A DNA stretch of 64,000 bases from the NCBI RefSeq assembly GCF_036588685.1, contig NC_086378.1, positions 65,968,001 through 66,032,000 on the forward strand, given 5' to 3'. The notes below the pieces were generated by a model that was not told the DNA's origin, searched no databases, and was given only the letters and a program-made list of their open reading frames with translations. The position numbers and the translations under genes were made by a program. Origin of the DNA: Mytilus trossulus (taxonomy: Eukaryota). Of this stretch, positions 11,611 to 23,984 are shown piece by piece; position 1 is the stretch's first letter; every line of letters begins with the position of its first letter.

Positions 11611-13985
11611 TAGAAAAAAAGAAAAATGCATAAAGGATATTCCTCTTCTTTTACCAATTACATAAAAGATAGAAAATCAGCAGCCAGATTAAGTTTTTAA
11701 AGATTTTGAATCTCTGTTAAGGAATTGTTAAGAATAGAAGTGTCATTGTCTTCATGTATCCTTGAAGCTGTATTGTCATTCTGTGTTAAAGATGCCGCTG
11801 AATGTTTCATTGGAGAGGGTTATCGAGTTCGTTTTTGAATGAGTGCTTTTTGCGGCATGCACGAGAGATTTTGAGAGGAACTGTGTGATGAACTTTGATG
11901 GAGTTTGACTGTTGGTGGTTTCTGGCAAATCTTTATGGAGGTATTGTCTGTGATTCTCCTCCATGTTTCGGTGCATTGCGCCACAGCCTTGACTTTGTCC
12001 GACCATGATGGTAACTGAAAAGGAAAAGAAATCATTTTCCAGCTTCAAAACAAAATATTTGTAGTAATTTTTTACTTTTTATGAAATAAAAAGCACATGT
12101 CTTATAACACTAAAAAAGGCAAAATGAAGTACCTTCAGTATGTAATGTGTTATAACAATAAAGTGGAAATATTTGAACTAAAAAGTATCAGATAAAGACC
12201 GATTTATATGCAAATTTATTCAATTTTCTATTCAAAGCCCCTACCCCTTGAGACGCAAAATCTGACACCCCGAGCGAAAATTTATATTTTGATGAAAAAC
12301 AAGTTTAAAACCAATTAATTTTTAGTAAGAAGTTGGTACTTGGTAAAATTACATGATATAAATTAAATTCTATTTAAATGATCCGGGAGGTAGTCGTATA
12401 AAGTATTTTTTTTATCAAGAAATTTGCATATGAAGCCTCAAAATCTGCAACACGGAAATCTAGGGAGAGGTATTTGAGGAAACAGAGCACTGAAAACGAC
12501 TGCTTCTGCTTGCAGGAAATAAATTATGTTCCGTTTCTTCCGTGCAATACATTATATGGTACTAAGAATTCTAAAAAAAACCTTTTCTTCCGTGCAATAC
12601 ATTATATGGTACTAAGAATTCTAAAAAAAAACAATTTTGGTACTTGAACTTACTTTGATAGTCTTTCTCCGCTTCGAAATTGCCATACCCTGTCAAACAC
12701 TCTGCAGGTTGCGTTCTACACGGTGTTTTAAGTGATTAAATTAAACTCATTTCTTCAAATATTGTACAGAACACTGGTGGTTTTCGTGGAATTTCTATTT
12801 CACAGTTGATCTTGGATTTGCACCTTTTCTCGGTACCGCAAACCCGTCTCATTTCATCGATTAGAACATTATGACGGGAGCAAAATGCGGCGATAAAACT
12901 ACCTACTACGCCGTAGCATTGGATTTCATTTAAGTTCTTGGTTTGATTCGTTTTGTATAATTTTTATAACGGAACGTCTTGTTATGTGTTTGTCTGTTCG
13001 TCGTGTTTATATGTGGGTATGGTGTCGTCAGTTTTTATTGAACGTTAGATGTTCGAATTGTCTCCTTTGTATTTTTCTCTTTCTATAAACGCTATGTCAA
13101 TACTTTCTCAAAATTAACTGAAATCTTTTATTTCTACAATAAATCTACAAAAAGTAATACTATTACCTTAAAGAAATCACCCAAAAAGATATACTGAAAG
13201 ACACTTAGAACAGAAAAAACTTGATAAGAATGCAGTCAATTACATTGTATTAAAACACACAAAGTGACACACAAAAAACCCACACACATGATATATTTTG
13301 AAAAGAAACACAAAAATGGACACTCGTATCACAGAAACATGTGAAAAAAGTATATCATGTGGAAATGATTTTTTTCTAGTTTTCCTGGACTTACCTATTA
13401 CAGAAATTTTCTCGCTGTTCTTGCAGCTGTTAATATTTATGTCTAAAACTGAGCCAATAGTTCTCAGTGCTTATTACTGTAAACCACAACTAATTAGGTT
13501 ATGTTTTACCAATTATATTACAGGTTTTGTATGCCCCATGACAGTGAAATCATTCTTAATAAAATCGAAATCAGCTTGGACTTTAGTAGACACGAAGGAC
13601 TTAAATCTATTTGAAGGCATTGCGTATTTTCTTTTTTACTGTGAATGGAAATGTTAATAACATTTATTTGTCTAGTAAAATTAAACAATTAGAATGATCA
13701 AGACAGGCCCCAGTGTGATCTTATTAGTGAGTTAATGGTACCATAAGTGAACAACTTTATTATTAATGATCGATAAATACCTTAATCAGACGGACCATCA
13801 AATTTAACCAATTCGTGGCCTCAAAAGTTTAAATACTTATTTCAACTTCTGTCATTATATGGTTCAAATGTATATACAGTTGTTCTTCGACAATAATGTT
13901 AAAGATTTAAATCTATAATTAAAATATACATATCCACAAAAAAATAAATGATAATATCAAAGCAAGACGAATCATACAGATACTT

Positions 13986-13993
13986 TATAAATA
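13986..13993 (+). promoter_or_regulatory. Candidate TATA box of PPxY membrane gene A
   Basis: TATAAATA ~80 bp upstream of ATG 14069. The paralogous position in copy B reads TCTAAATA. The AT-rich background lowers confidence. Confidence 0.35.
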
Positions 13994-14068
13994 TATGACA
14001 TTTGTAAAGAAGTCGTGATTCAATATGGAAGACTCTAAATAACTGGTACCTTTTCTACATATTGTAAT

Positions 14069-17000
14069 ATGTTATATATTTTTTTAGGATGGTTATTTCT
14101 ATTTCATTTAGGTATGTATACAGGTTTTAAGTGATTTTTTCTGTGTATTGTAAGTGAAGGAGGTTAGGGAAAGACCATTTCATTTTCTTAGTAGAAAGAG
14201 GGAGACAAGACATGAACAAGTGGATATCATGGGCCTATTCAGAACTAAAACGACATAATCTTGCCTAGAAAGTATACGTATCAATATTCTGAAAAATTAT
14301 AATAGTAGGACATTATTGTGCATAAGTGTGAAAAGGAATAAGCCGTCATAACAACAGATGAAAATGCACACTTCGCCCAAAAAACGTCTCATGTTTTCGG
14401 CGAGAAGAAAAACACTTATCATCGCCTTAGTGTATTCACGGTGATGTATAGTAAAAATATAAGAACTTCAATTAAACTAATAAAAAATAAACAAGATCTA
14501 TAAAAGAAGCATCTGATTAACAATACTTTTCCTAATGATAATACAAATTTGTTTGTTTATTTTAGTTAGTAGATAGAAATAGGAAGATGTGGTGTGATAG
14601 TTAGTGCAGGACATGACGGCCTTTAAGATTTTTACTTTTGGTTGCTGTCTCATTTTAACTTACTGCTTCTTTTGTCCATAGCACAGTCATTGTAATTAAA
14701 TAAAAAAAAATCAGTTTGCGGGTTTGTACAGATGTGGTAGATACGTCTGTGTGAATATTAAGTAAAGGGAAGGTATTGTTAGAATACTGTCTCATTGATT
14801 TAGTCTAGCTTTATTTATTTGATAAAAAGGAAAATAATCTTAAGTCGAATTAGAAAGCAATAAAAGAAGGCCACATCTTTGGCAACTAGTTTGGCATTTA
14901 TAGACATTAAAAGAAGGTTAACTGTAAAATCCTTAGTGTTTCGAAAAATTCAAAGTTTTGTAAACAGGAAATTTAAAAAAAAATTACCACATTATTGATA
15001 TTCATGTCAACCCCAATGTGTTGACTACTGGGCTAGTGATACCCTCGGGGACGAAACGTCCACTAGCAGTGGCATCGACCCAGTGGTGTAAAAGTTATCA
15101 AAGGTACCAGGATTATAATTTAGTACAGCAGACGCGCGTTTCGTCTACATGAGACTCATCAGTGACGCTCATATCAAAATATTTATAAAGCCAAATAAGT
15201 AAAAAGTTGGATAGCATTGAGGACCCAAAAGTTCCAAAAAGTTGTGCCAAATACGGCTAAGTTAATCTATGCCTGGGATAAGAAAATCCTTAGTGTTTCG
15301 AAAAATTCAAAGTTTTGTAAACAGGAAATTTGAAAAAATGACCACAATATTGATATTCCTGTCAACACTGGAGTGTTGACTACTGGGCTGGTGATACCCG
15401 CGGGGACGAAACGTCCACCAGCAGTGGCATCAACCCAGTGGTGTAAAAGTTATCAAAGGTACCATGATTATAATTTAGTACGCCAGACGCGCGTTTCGTC
15501 TACATAAGACTCATCAGCGATGCCCATATCAAAATATTTATAAAGCCAAATAAGTAAAAAGTTGGAGAGCATAATTGATAGAAAGTGATGAAAAAGATTA
15601 ACCAATTTTGAAGAATTTATTTAATATTTATAAAAAAGAAAAGACAAGAGACATTGAATACCAATTGAAAAATTTACCGACTTGAGTTAATATATACACA
15701 TGTGTTGATATTTGATTTCCTTTGCATTTCATTGAAGTTAGCTTACACATTTCAGGTAGTACAGGTGTGAAGGCAGCCTCTTCAACTGCTCAACAAGATG
15801 TCGATTATGTGTAAGTTACTTATAAAAATACCAAATGAGAAAGACTATCTAAAAGTTCCCAATTTAAGTCATTTTTAATCACGTGTTAAATAATTAAACT
15901 TCAAAACATGAGACATGCAAGTGATTGTATAGTAGTTCAATAAAAAAATGTTTTTCAAATTGTCCAGTGAATTTGTATATAAAATTGGCTACCTTAATAA
16001 TGTTTCTACCGCTATTGATATCCAAACTTTATTCAGTATATATATAATTTATGTAAGCGGTTATAATCAAGACAATTCTCAAATATCTTTCTTTCTATTT
16101 TCGTCCAAACGCACCATTAAGCAACATCTTATGACATGATAACATGTTGTTAATAATACATTATATCACTTACATTTACATCAAGGTAATAATAAATCTA
16201 ATTGTCAGGACCTATTTTAAAAGCGGAAATACACTGAAGCTTGAAAACATGTCGTGGATAAGGACAGAAATTATGCCTTGTAAAGTATCTTTAATATGCA
16301 GAGAGCGTCCGACTCTTCGTATTCGAGAAATAGGATTTTAGGTCTTAATTTAGTCCGGACGTAATTGCGTATTTAAACATCTGGCACATCCTTTCCATAA
16401 GCATTGGTTTAATCAGCAATCGGGTAAGAAAATTCCAGGACTGTCTTAATTTTTATACCTCCGAAAAACCGAGTCAATATCAAGGGATAACATATGATTT
16501 ATTATGTATAAAAAAAAAAAATTTAGTTAAATTAATTGGAAGGTATGGTTTCATATTGACCATGTGTGATGCGAATCGAGTTATTGGAAACATATTGTAA
16601 TGGACAACAGGAAGGCGATTAGAGTTCATACTATCCCTTTGCACAAAAAGGCGTCTGGGGACTTGTTAACCTTGTATTAAGTGGAATAGAATAAATTTAA
16701 ACAAAACACATGAATATCTTTTGTTTTTAGATTTGTATATGTGACAAAGATTGTTATTAACAGACTCGCAAAATACATTCAACTATCAATAATTACATCT
16801 GGCATAATGCCTGCATGATACGTCATGATCTTTTTAGTGTATTATCTGATAACTTAAAGGGTGATTGCATATAGATATACATACACGTCAAACGAAAGAA
16901 GTACTATTGGCAATACTTACTTTTAATGAATTTAAATATTATCTTGATTACACAGTCAAGATTTAGTCTGTTAATTACCTTGCTCTTCAATGTTACATAT

Positions 17001-20000
17001 GTTTTTTGCTTATAATAATTGAATGTGATTATATTTTTATTCATTTCACTGTGTAATTCTGTTTCTTGAATATTCTTTTTGAGAATGTAGTCAGTATTGT
17101 TTTGTTTAGTGATTAAGATTATAACACAATGTATCCTTAATTTTGACATTTACCTATCAAGTCTATTTATTTTATTTACAAATTGTTGACAATTTAATAG
17201 AATCTTATACGACTGCCAAACAAGTGAGAGATTTAGTTAGCCATTAAACGAGGTTTAAGGTAGATAAGGTGTCTTTCTCTCTCTTTGATTTGGAAATATC
17301 ATAAAGTAAGTTCTAGATCTTTATTAGAATGTGCAAATTTTTAGAGTAGTAGGTAATTCATGCGTAAGAACTTCCCCTTTGATATAGAAAATGACATGTT
17401 CTTATGGTTGTATTTTACAAAAAAACAGAAAACTTTTCTTTGATCAATTTCCCCCCCCCCCCCCCCACTTTTCCACATAAGGAAAGGCAACTCAAATGCA
17501 AGGGCAGATAATTCAGATTAAGGTTCTTTTTAAAACAGAATGTGTTAGGAATTTACCTATTTTATCAGCAAGAAAACGGGTCCGGTGACCCCATTGTTTC
17601 TTTTTCTTAACTGAAAACATACTATTAAAGCAATCTTCTCATATGTTATCTCCAAATTCTATGGTGTAGATTACGCGTTATTGCAGAAAATTGGGCTTTC
17701 AATGCATAATCTATACAACATTTGTCAATTTTGATCACCGTATATCGTAAAAGACAAATTCGTTGTAATATTGTATTTAAAAAGCATGATATAAACTACT
17801 TTTTTTGTAAATTATTAAAATTTCTATGGATTATAATTTAGACACCCCTTCTACCTTAATCCGTCTCTTTCTACATCAGAGATTGCCTGTATACATTAAA
17901 ACAAATATAGCAGTTGTTACCAATTTGTTTGATGAATTCAGCTTTTGATTTTGTCATTTGATTAGGGTCTCAATTTCTATACCTCCGAAAAACCGAGTCA
18001 ATAGCAAGGGATAAGAAATGTTTGGTTCTGTATAAATAAAAATAAAATTGAGTTAAATTAATTGGAAAGTATGGTTTCATATTGACCATGTGTGATGCGA
18101 ATCGAGTTATTGAAAGCATATTGTAATGGACACAGGAAGGCGATAAGAGTTCATACTAGCCCTGTGCACAAAAAGGCGTCTGTGGACTTGTTAACCTTGT
18201 ATTAAGTAGAATAGAATAAATTTAAACAAAACACATGTATATCTTTTGATTTTAGATTTGTATATGTGACAAAAGATTGTAATAACCAGACTCGCAAAAT
18301 ACATTCAACTATCAATAATTACATCTGGCATAATGCCTGTATGATACGTCATGATCTTTTTAGTGTATTATCTGATAACGTAAAGGGTGATTGCATTCCG
18401 TAAAATAAATTATTTAAATTTTTAAATTTGTCAATTTGTCAAACGAGGTTATACTAGATATGCATACATGTCAAACGAAGGAAGTAATATTGGCAATACT
18501 TACTTTAATGAATTTAAATATAATCTTGATTACACAGTCAAGATTTAGTCTGTTAATTACCTTGCTCTTCAATGTTACATATGTTTTTTGCTTATAATAA
18601 TTGAATGTGATTACATTTTTATTCATTTCACTGTGTAATTTGTTTTTCATGAATATTCTTTTTGAGAATGTAGTCAGTATTGTTTTCTTTAGTGATTAAG
18701 ATTAAAACACAATGTGCCCTTAATTTTGACATTTTTACCTATCAAGTCTGTTTATTTTATTCACAAATTGTTGTCAATTTAATAGAATCTTATACGACTG
18801 TCAAACTAGTGAGAGGTTTAGTTAGCCAATAAACGAGGTTTTAGGTAGATAAGGTGTCTTCCTCTATCTTTGATTTGGAAATACCACAAAGCAAGTTCTA
18901 GATCTTTAATAGAATGTGCAAATTTTTAGAGTAGTAGGTAATTCATGTGTAAGATTTTCCCCTTTGATATATAAAATGACATGTTCTTATGGTTGTATTT
19001 TACAAAAAAACAGAAAACTTTTGTTTGATCAATTTTTTTCCCAACTTTGCCACATCAGGGGAGGCAACTCAAATGCAAAGGCAAATAATTCAGATTAAGG
19101 TACTAATTATAACAGAATGTGTTAGGAATTTACCTATTTTATCAGCAAGAAAACGGGTCCGGTGACCCCATTGTTTCTTTTTCTTAACTGAAAACATACT
19201 ATTAAAGCAATCTTCTCATATGTTATCTCAAAATTCTATGGTGTAGATTACGCGTTATTGCAGAAAATTGGGTTTTCAATGCATAATCTATACAACATTT
19301 GTCAATTTCGATCACCGTATATCGTAATAGACCCTTGCGTTGTATTATTGTATTTAAAAGCATGATATAAACTACGTTTTTGCAAATTATTAAAATTTCT
19401 ATGGATTATAATTTAGACACCCCATCTACCTTAATCCGTCTTTTTCTACATCAGAGATTGCCTGTATACGTTAAAAAAAATGGCAGTTGTTTCCCATTTG
19501 TTTGATGAGTTCAGCTTTTGATTTTGTCATTTGATTAGGGTCTTTCCGATATGAACGTTCCTCGGAGTTCGATCTTTTTGTTATATTACTTTTCTTCTTA
19601 TCCAATGTACATGTATCAAGTATTTGTATTGTAAATCCTAGCATGTATCAGAAAAATACAAAACGATGTAATTTGTCTTTAAAATATCAAATAGCTGTAT
19701 CTTATGTTGTACTAAACACATCTGAAGTGTATGACGTAGTATAAAGTTCTTAACCCAAATAAATAAGATATAATGAATAAAGCATGCGAAATTGGAAAAA
19801 AAAATACAAAATATTTATTTAGGCCCGTCTTGGATTCAGTTGTTCGAGTTGATTACAATTTTGTTTCACAAACCACAAAGGTTTCATTTCACAAGTTGCG
19901 AACTTATACTTTGAGCTTAAATGTGGCTGTTTTTACTGCACATTATTCGTTTATAAAGAAAACTAATAAGGATGTCCTTAAAATTATCTTTGTTTCATTG

Positions 20001-22390
20001 TTTATTACAATAACATTAAAAACTATTGTCCACAACATATTTTGATAACAAAATAAATATAGTGTATAAGGCTTTCTAAAAGTTGTGTTCTTCTTAAAAA
20101 GAGCGACATATGGTATGTTATTCGTGTAATATTTTGTAGATATTGAAATAAGTTGTTATGTTTTAAGATTTAAATTATTTTACTCTTTATTCCTCATTTT
20201 TCTTGTTTATTTTTTTTGCTGATCAAATTTTACCAATACAATATGAATAGTTAAAAATATCTTCCACAGAACAATTGATCAGAAGTTTTGTTTCAGAAAT
20301 GCGCGTGTAGATACTTTACATGACGACTTCTTTATTTTTTTTTTAAAGTGAATCAACCATACTGGTATTTATCCCTTTTACTATTGTATTAGATCAGAAA
20401 TTTTAATTGTCTATACAAGAAGTGGTAAGCATTTTTAGAAATTATTGATACAAGGCATTCATCTCTTTGAAAGATTTTGAAGAGGGATTTTTATTTTTCA
20501 GGGTTACAATTATTATTGCCTCCATAGCAGGTGGAATGGTTCTCATGGTGATTGTTATTTTAATTGTACGATGTGTATGTTTGAAGTGTAAAAAGACACC
20601 TGTCCGAAATATACGAGCACGTGGTCCGCCATCATGTACGTATTTTCAGAATTGCCGCAAAAATGTATTTATCTACTTTTACTTATTAAATGATTTCATT
20701 CGTATAATTCGCATGTTTGACAAAAGGGACAAGAACTAATACTAATATCCAAACAATTGAAATTGCAGGAAGGATAATGTGTTCAAATAAAACTAAATTG
20801 AAATATACAATCCAAACAATAAAGGCATCGCATCATTTGCTTGCAAGTATTCCTTTGTGTATTTTGAACAACGCCATGGGAAAATACGAAAAACAACTAA
20901 AGGACAAACAACAATACACATAATCTAAATAAGAAAACTTAAGACTGAGCGTTAACAATCCCACTATAACTGGGGTGATATCATGTGCTCTGGAAAGGTA
21001 ATTAGATCCTGCTCCATATGGTATCGTATAGATTTTTATGTAAATAAAAACACGTTTATAAGTCGTATTTGGTAGGCTTCATTCGAGGACAAACAGGACT
21101 GAGAAGTAAAGACTGATAAAACATAAATGTTGTCATCTGAAATATTCTATAACGATCATCCAATTCGTGATAGCGTCCGTAAAGTTTTGGAAGTGATGAT
21201 TTTAATTCTTCGCTTGAAATTGTTGGTTAACTAGCAAATGTTCAATACTATTGACAGAGAAAATATACTTAGAGTGTATGTTCTATAAAAGATCTTATGG
21301 TGGGCGAGATGATAATTTTAAAATTAAATTCGTCTCGTTTGACATAGATTCTGATAATTAATTAGGTGACCGTGTATGTACAATTCGAGGTATACGTTTG
21401 GAAATGAGGCAGAGGAAGCCGTGCCTGTTGGTTTGCTCTCTAAAATACACCTGTATGCTATGTTAGAATTTACTTTACATATGCAATATCTGTGTAAATT
21501 TTAGTCTAACTCAACGCCAAGCATTCTCATATCAAATATGATCGCTTCGACAAAAAAGTTACTTTAACAACGTCTCATAAAAAAAGCAAAACGCAAATAA
21601 ATCATCTAGTAGAAAGCAGTAGCTTAAAAATAAAAAGTCTACACATCAAACAAACGGAATCCATACATTTTTGTTAGAAAACACACATTACAAAGTTATT
21701 ATTATTACAAAAAAAGTATATAGCACAATACTGCAATCGTGGCTTATCCATTTATGTTAAATTCTTAGTATAACATGAAAGGATATATGTTGCTTTTCGT
21801 TTCATGTACAATGTGTTTTTTGAATAATTTTACAAACACTTTATCGTTTTTTCCATCTATGGAGTAAAATCATACGAAAAGCAGAGGCAAAAGTAAAAGT
21901 AAAAGATACAACAATCAATCCTTTTAAGTAAAGATAATAAAAATAGACAAAAAGCTGAAAACAACAATTTAATGCAACACTATAAAAACTGTTGTACATA
22001 TCCGTTTGAAAAGTAATTATTAAATAGAAAAGATGTGGTATGATTGCCAATGAGACAACTCTCTATAAGAGACCAAATGAGACAGAAATTAACAACTATA
22101 GGTCAAAGTACAGCCTTCAACAATCCGCAAAGCCCATACCACATAGTCATCTATAAAAGGCCCAAAAATGATAATGTAAAACAATTCAAACGAGAAAGCT
22201 AACGGTCTAATTTATGTACACAAAATGAACACGGTAATGTTAATCTTATTTATACATTACAGATGACGACACCAGACGTCCTTACAGACTTCCTGATCCA
22301 CCGGCGTATTCACCTCGAAACTATAACTATCCATCTCATCCGCCACCAGCATACGAAACACATATATCTCTTCCGGGAGTAACGGAATAG
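14069..22390 (+). CDS. Small type-I membrane protein A with two PPAY motifs (119 aa, 4 exons)
   Basis: Exons 14069-14111, 15756-15810, 20502-20635, 22263-22390 have GT-AG borders and consistent phases (1,2,1). Protein: MLYIFLGWLFLFHLGSTGVKA-ASSTAQQDVDYV-VTIIIASIAGGMVLMVIVILIV-RCVCLKCKKTPVRNIRARGPPSYDDTRRPYRLPDPPAYSPRNYNYPSHPPPAYETHISLPGVTE. All exons are conserved in the paralog. Confidence 0.85.
15125..15168 (-). ncRNA. Type I hammerhead ribozyme (minimal palindromic stem III)
   Basis: GCGTCA-CTGATGA-GTC-TCATGTA-GAC-GAAA-CGCGCG-TC-TGCTGT. Predicted GUC cleavage between 15131 and 15130. Confidence 0.85.
15480..15523 (-). ncRNA. Type I hammerhead ribozyme (second tandem copy)
   Basis: GCATCG-CTGATGA-GTC-TTATGTA-GAC-GAAA-CGCGCG-TC-TGGCGT. 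Predicted cleavage between 15486 and 15485. Confidence 0.85.
17259..17855. mobile_element. TTAA-target MITE (Kolobok-type GG...CC ends)
   Basis: TIRs GGTAGATAAGGTGTCT / AGACACCCCTTCTACC, TTAA on both sides. Absent from the paralog at ~34485. Confidence 0.82.
18844..19430. mobile_element. Second copy of the TTAA MITE (copied by the tandem duplication)
   Basis: Same TIRs and same flanks as 17259-17855. Confidence 0.8.
22030..22230 (+). repeat. Interspersed repeat starting AAGATGTGGTATGATTGCCAATGAGACAACTCTC
   Basis: A longer copy is at 56811-57480, with fragments at ~14583 and ~58452. Confidence 0.7.
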
Positions 22391-23203
22391 TCGATACAGT
22401 AACTTATTAACACAATGTTGTCGTTGATTACAGTTTACAGAGACATTTCCATGTTGGTTAAGTCTTAATAGAACATTCAGTTGCATTGAAGTAACGTACT
22501 AGAAATTGTAAACTCTCTGCATATTTTTGTTTGTTGTCATTAAAAAAACCCAAAGAATTTAGAAAAACTAATACAATGTCTATGTACAGATGAAAAGCAC
22601 TACAAAAAATGTCATTCGATACTGATTACAAACAGAAAAAAGACCGTATAGAATTTGTTTCTAAATCAGAAATTGCATATACCATGTCAGGAATATGACA
22701 GTTGTTATACTATCGTTTGATATATTTGAGATTTTGATTTTGTCATTTAATAACAGACTTTCTGTTTAGAATTTTCCTCGGAATTCGGTATTTTTGTGAT
22801 TTTTTTTTTTTTTGGCGAAAAGATACACGTTCTTCCGTTATTCTTTATATAATTACAAATAACACTTTACTTGTCTTTTCCGATGTGAAATATATAAATA
22901 AAAAAACGTAAAACGATTAATTTTTTATCAAAAATTCAAAGACATAATTTTTAACTTACATTTAGTTGTGTATGAAATATTGCAACAGTTTATACTTAAT
23001 TATTTCAAACATAAATCACTACTGAAAAACTATTAACATTGTCATAACCATTATCTAAAGAAACAGCAGTTGCTTTGTCTTTGAAATTGTATTGTTAGTT
23101 TAAAAAACTAAATAAAATGATAACATTGTTTTCCCTTATCATATCTGTCCAACAGATATGTAAAATGATGTCAGGATATAAAGTCAATCATTAAAAATAA
23201 CAC

Positions 23204-23300
23204 TTATATTATAATTCGCCAACTCAAACGAATATAAATTATTTAATAAATAAAACAACACATAAATAGGATAAGTGTGCCTACAGCTGTAGCAGCCTTT
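23204..23300 (-). repeat. Split direct repeat B2 (3' terminus)
   Basis: Matches 23798-23894; identical over 23212-23300. Confidence 0.92.
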
Positions 23301-23529
23301 AATATTACATTACATTCAATTTCATTCTCAAAACTAAAGTCCTTCACTTTAAATTCAGGCACACTACCATCAGTCCAATCATACAATAGCACAGTTATAT
23401 ACAGTAACAGTAACACAATCAAAAACTATCTACAAAAGAGGAAAAATTCATATTAATATAATGTACTAATGCATATACTCCTATTAACGATAACCATCTC
23501 ATAAAAGGGGTGGGTGGGTGGGTAAACAT

Positions 23530-23894
23530 AATAACGAATGCTGCTACGTCGTACTATAGGCAAACTTCGAATAACTTAATTTTCTCAAGCTACCCCCTTA
23601 AGTAATACTTAATCATGCTTTTCACGAAAATCATGAGGGCATATACCCGTAAAACCGGCAGTACGGGTATATGCCATCCAATCAAATAGAACGTAAACAC
23701 ACACCATGTGCTTGATATAAACACACACACGTGTTTATAGTAAACAATCACTTGACCGTTACAACGTCATGTGACTTAATACCTTTAATAAATATATTTA
23801 TATTCTAATTCGCCAACTCAAACGAATATAAATTATTTAATAAATAAAACAACACATAAATAGGATAAGTGTGCCTACAGCTGTAGCAGCCTTT
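23530..23894 (-). repeat. Internal B1-A2 repeat junction
   Basis: B1 (23798-23894) directly abuts A2 (23530-23797), reproducing the expected circle junction of the element ends. Confidence 0.92.
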
Positions 23895-23984
23895 CGAAAG
23901 ACAAAGAAAGCAAAAAATGCAAGTAGATGTGAGATGTGAACATAGAGTGATACATATACAATGTATAAAGTATATTTATGAAAA

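Larger units (their letters stand above)
10263..12725. mobile_element. Non-autonomous DNA transposon with ~600-bp TIRs (CACCGTGTAGAACGC...GCGTTCTACACGGTG)
   Basis: 10263-10918 is the diverged reverse complement of 12127-12725. Absent from the paralogous site at ~30205-30225 (GAGGTTTATAAATGATTAAATTAAAC). Confidence 0.88.
14926..15572 (-). mobile_element. Retrozyme-like tandem repeat (~1.8 units of ~355-357 bp, each with a hammerhead ribozyme)
   Basis: Units start at 14926 and 15283. Inserted between ACTGT and AATTGATAG; the empty site ACTGTAATTGATAGAAAG is at ~32374 in the paralog. Confidence 0.88.
16443..19543 (+). repeat. Tandem duplication of ~1.5 kb inside intron 2 of gene A (units 16443-17966, 17967-19543)
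   Basis: Both units begin GTCTYAATTTYTATACCTCCGAAAAACCGAGTCAATA and are colinear throughout. GTCT microhomology at the junction. Confidence 0.9.

Noticed and set aside
13298-13657. 119-aa ORF with a paralogous ORF at 30841
   Set aside because: The similarity is due to the segmental duplication; the frame is not preserved beyond a short block and there are no motifs.
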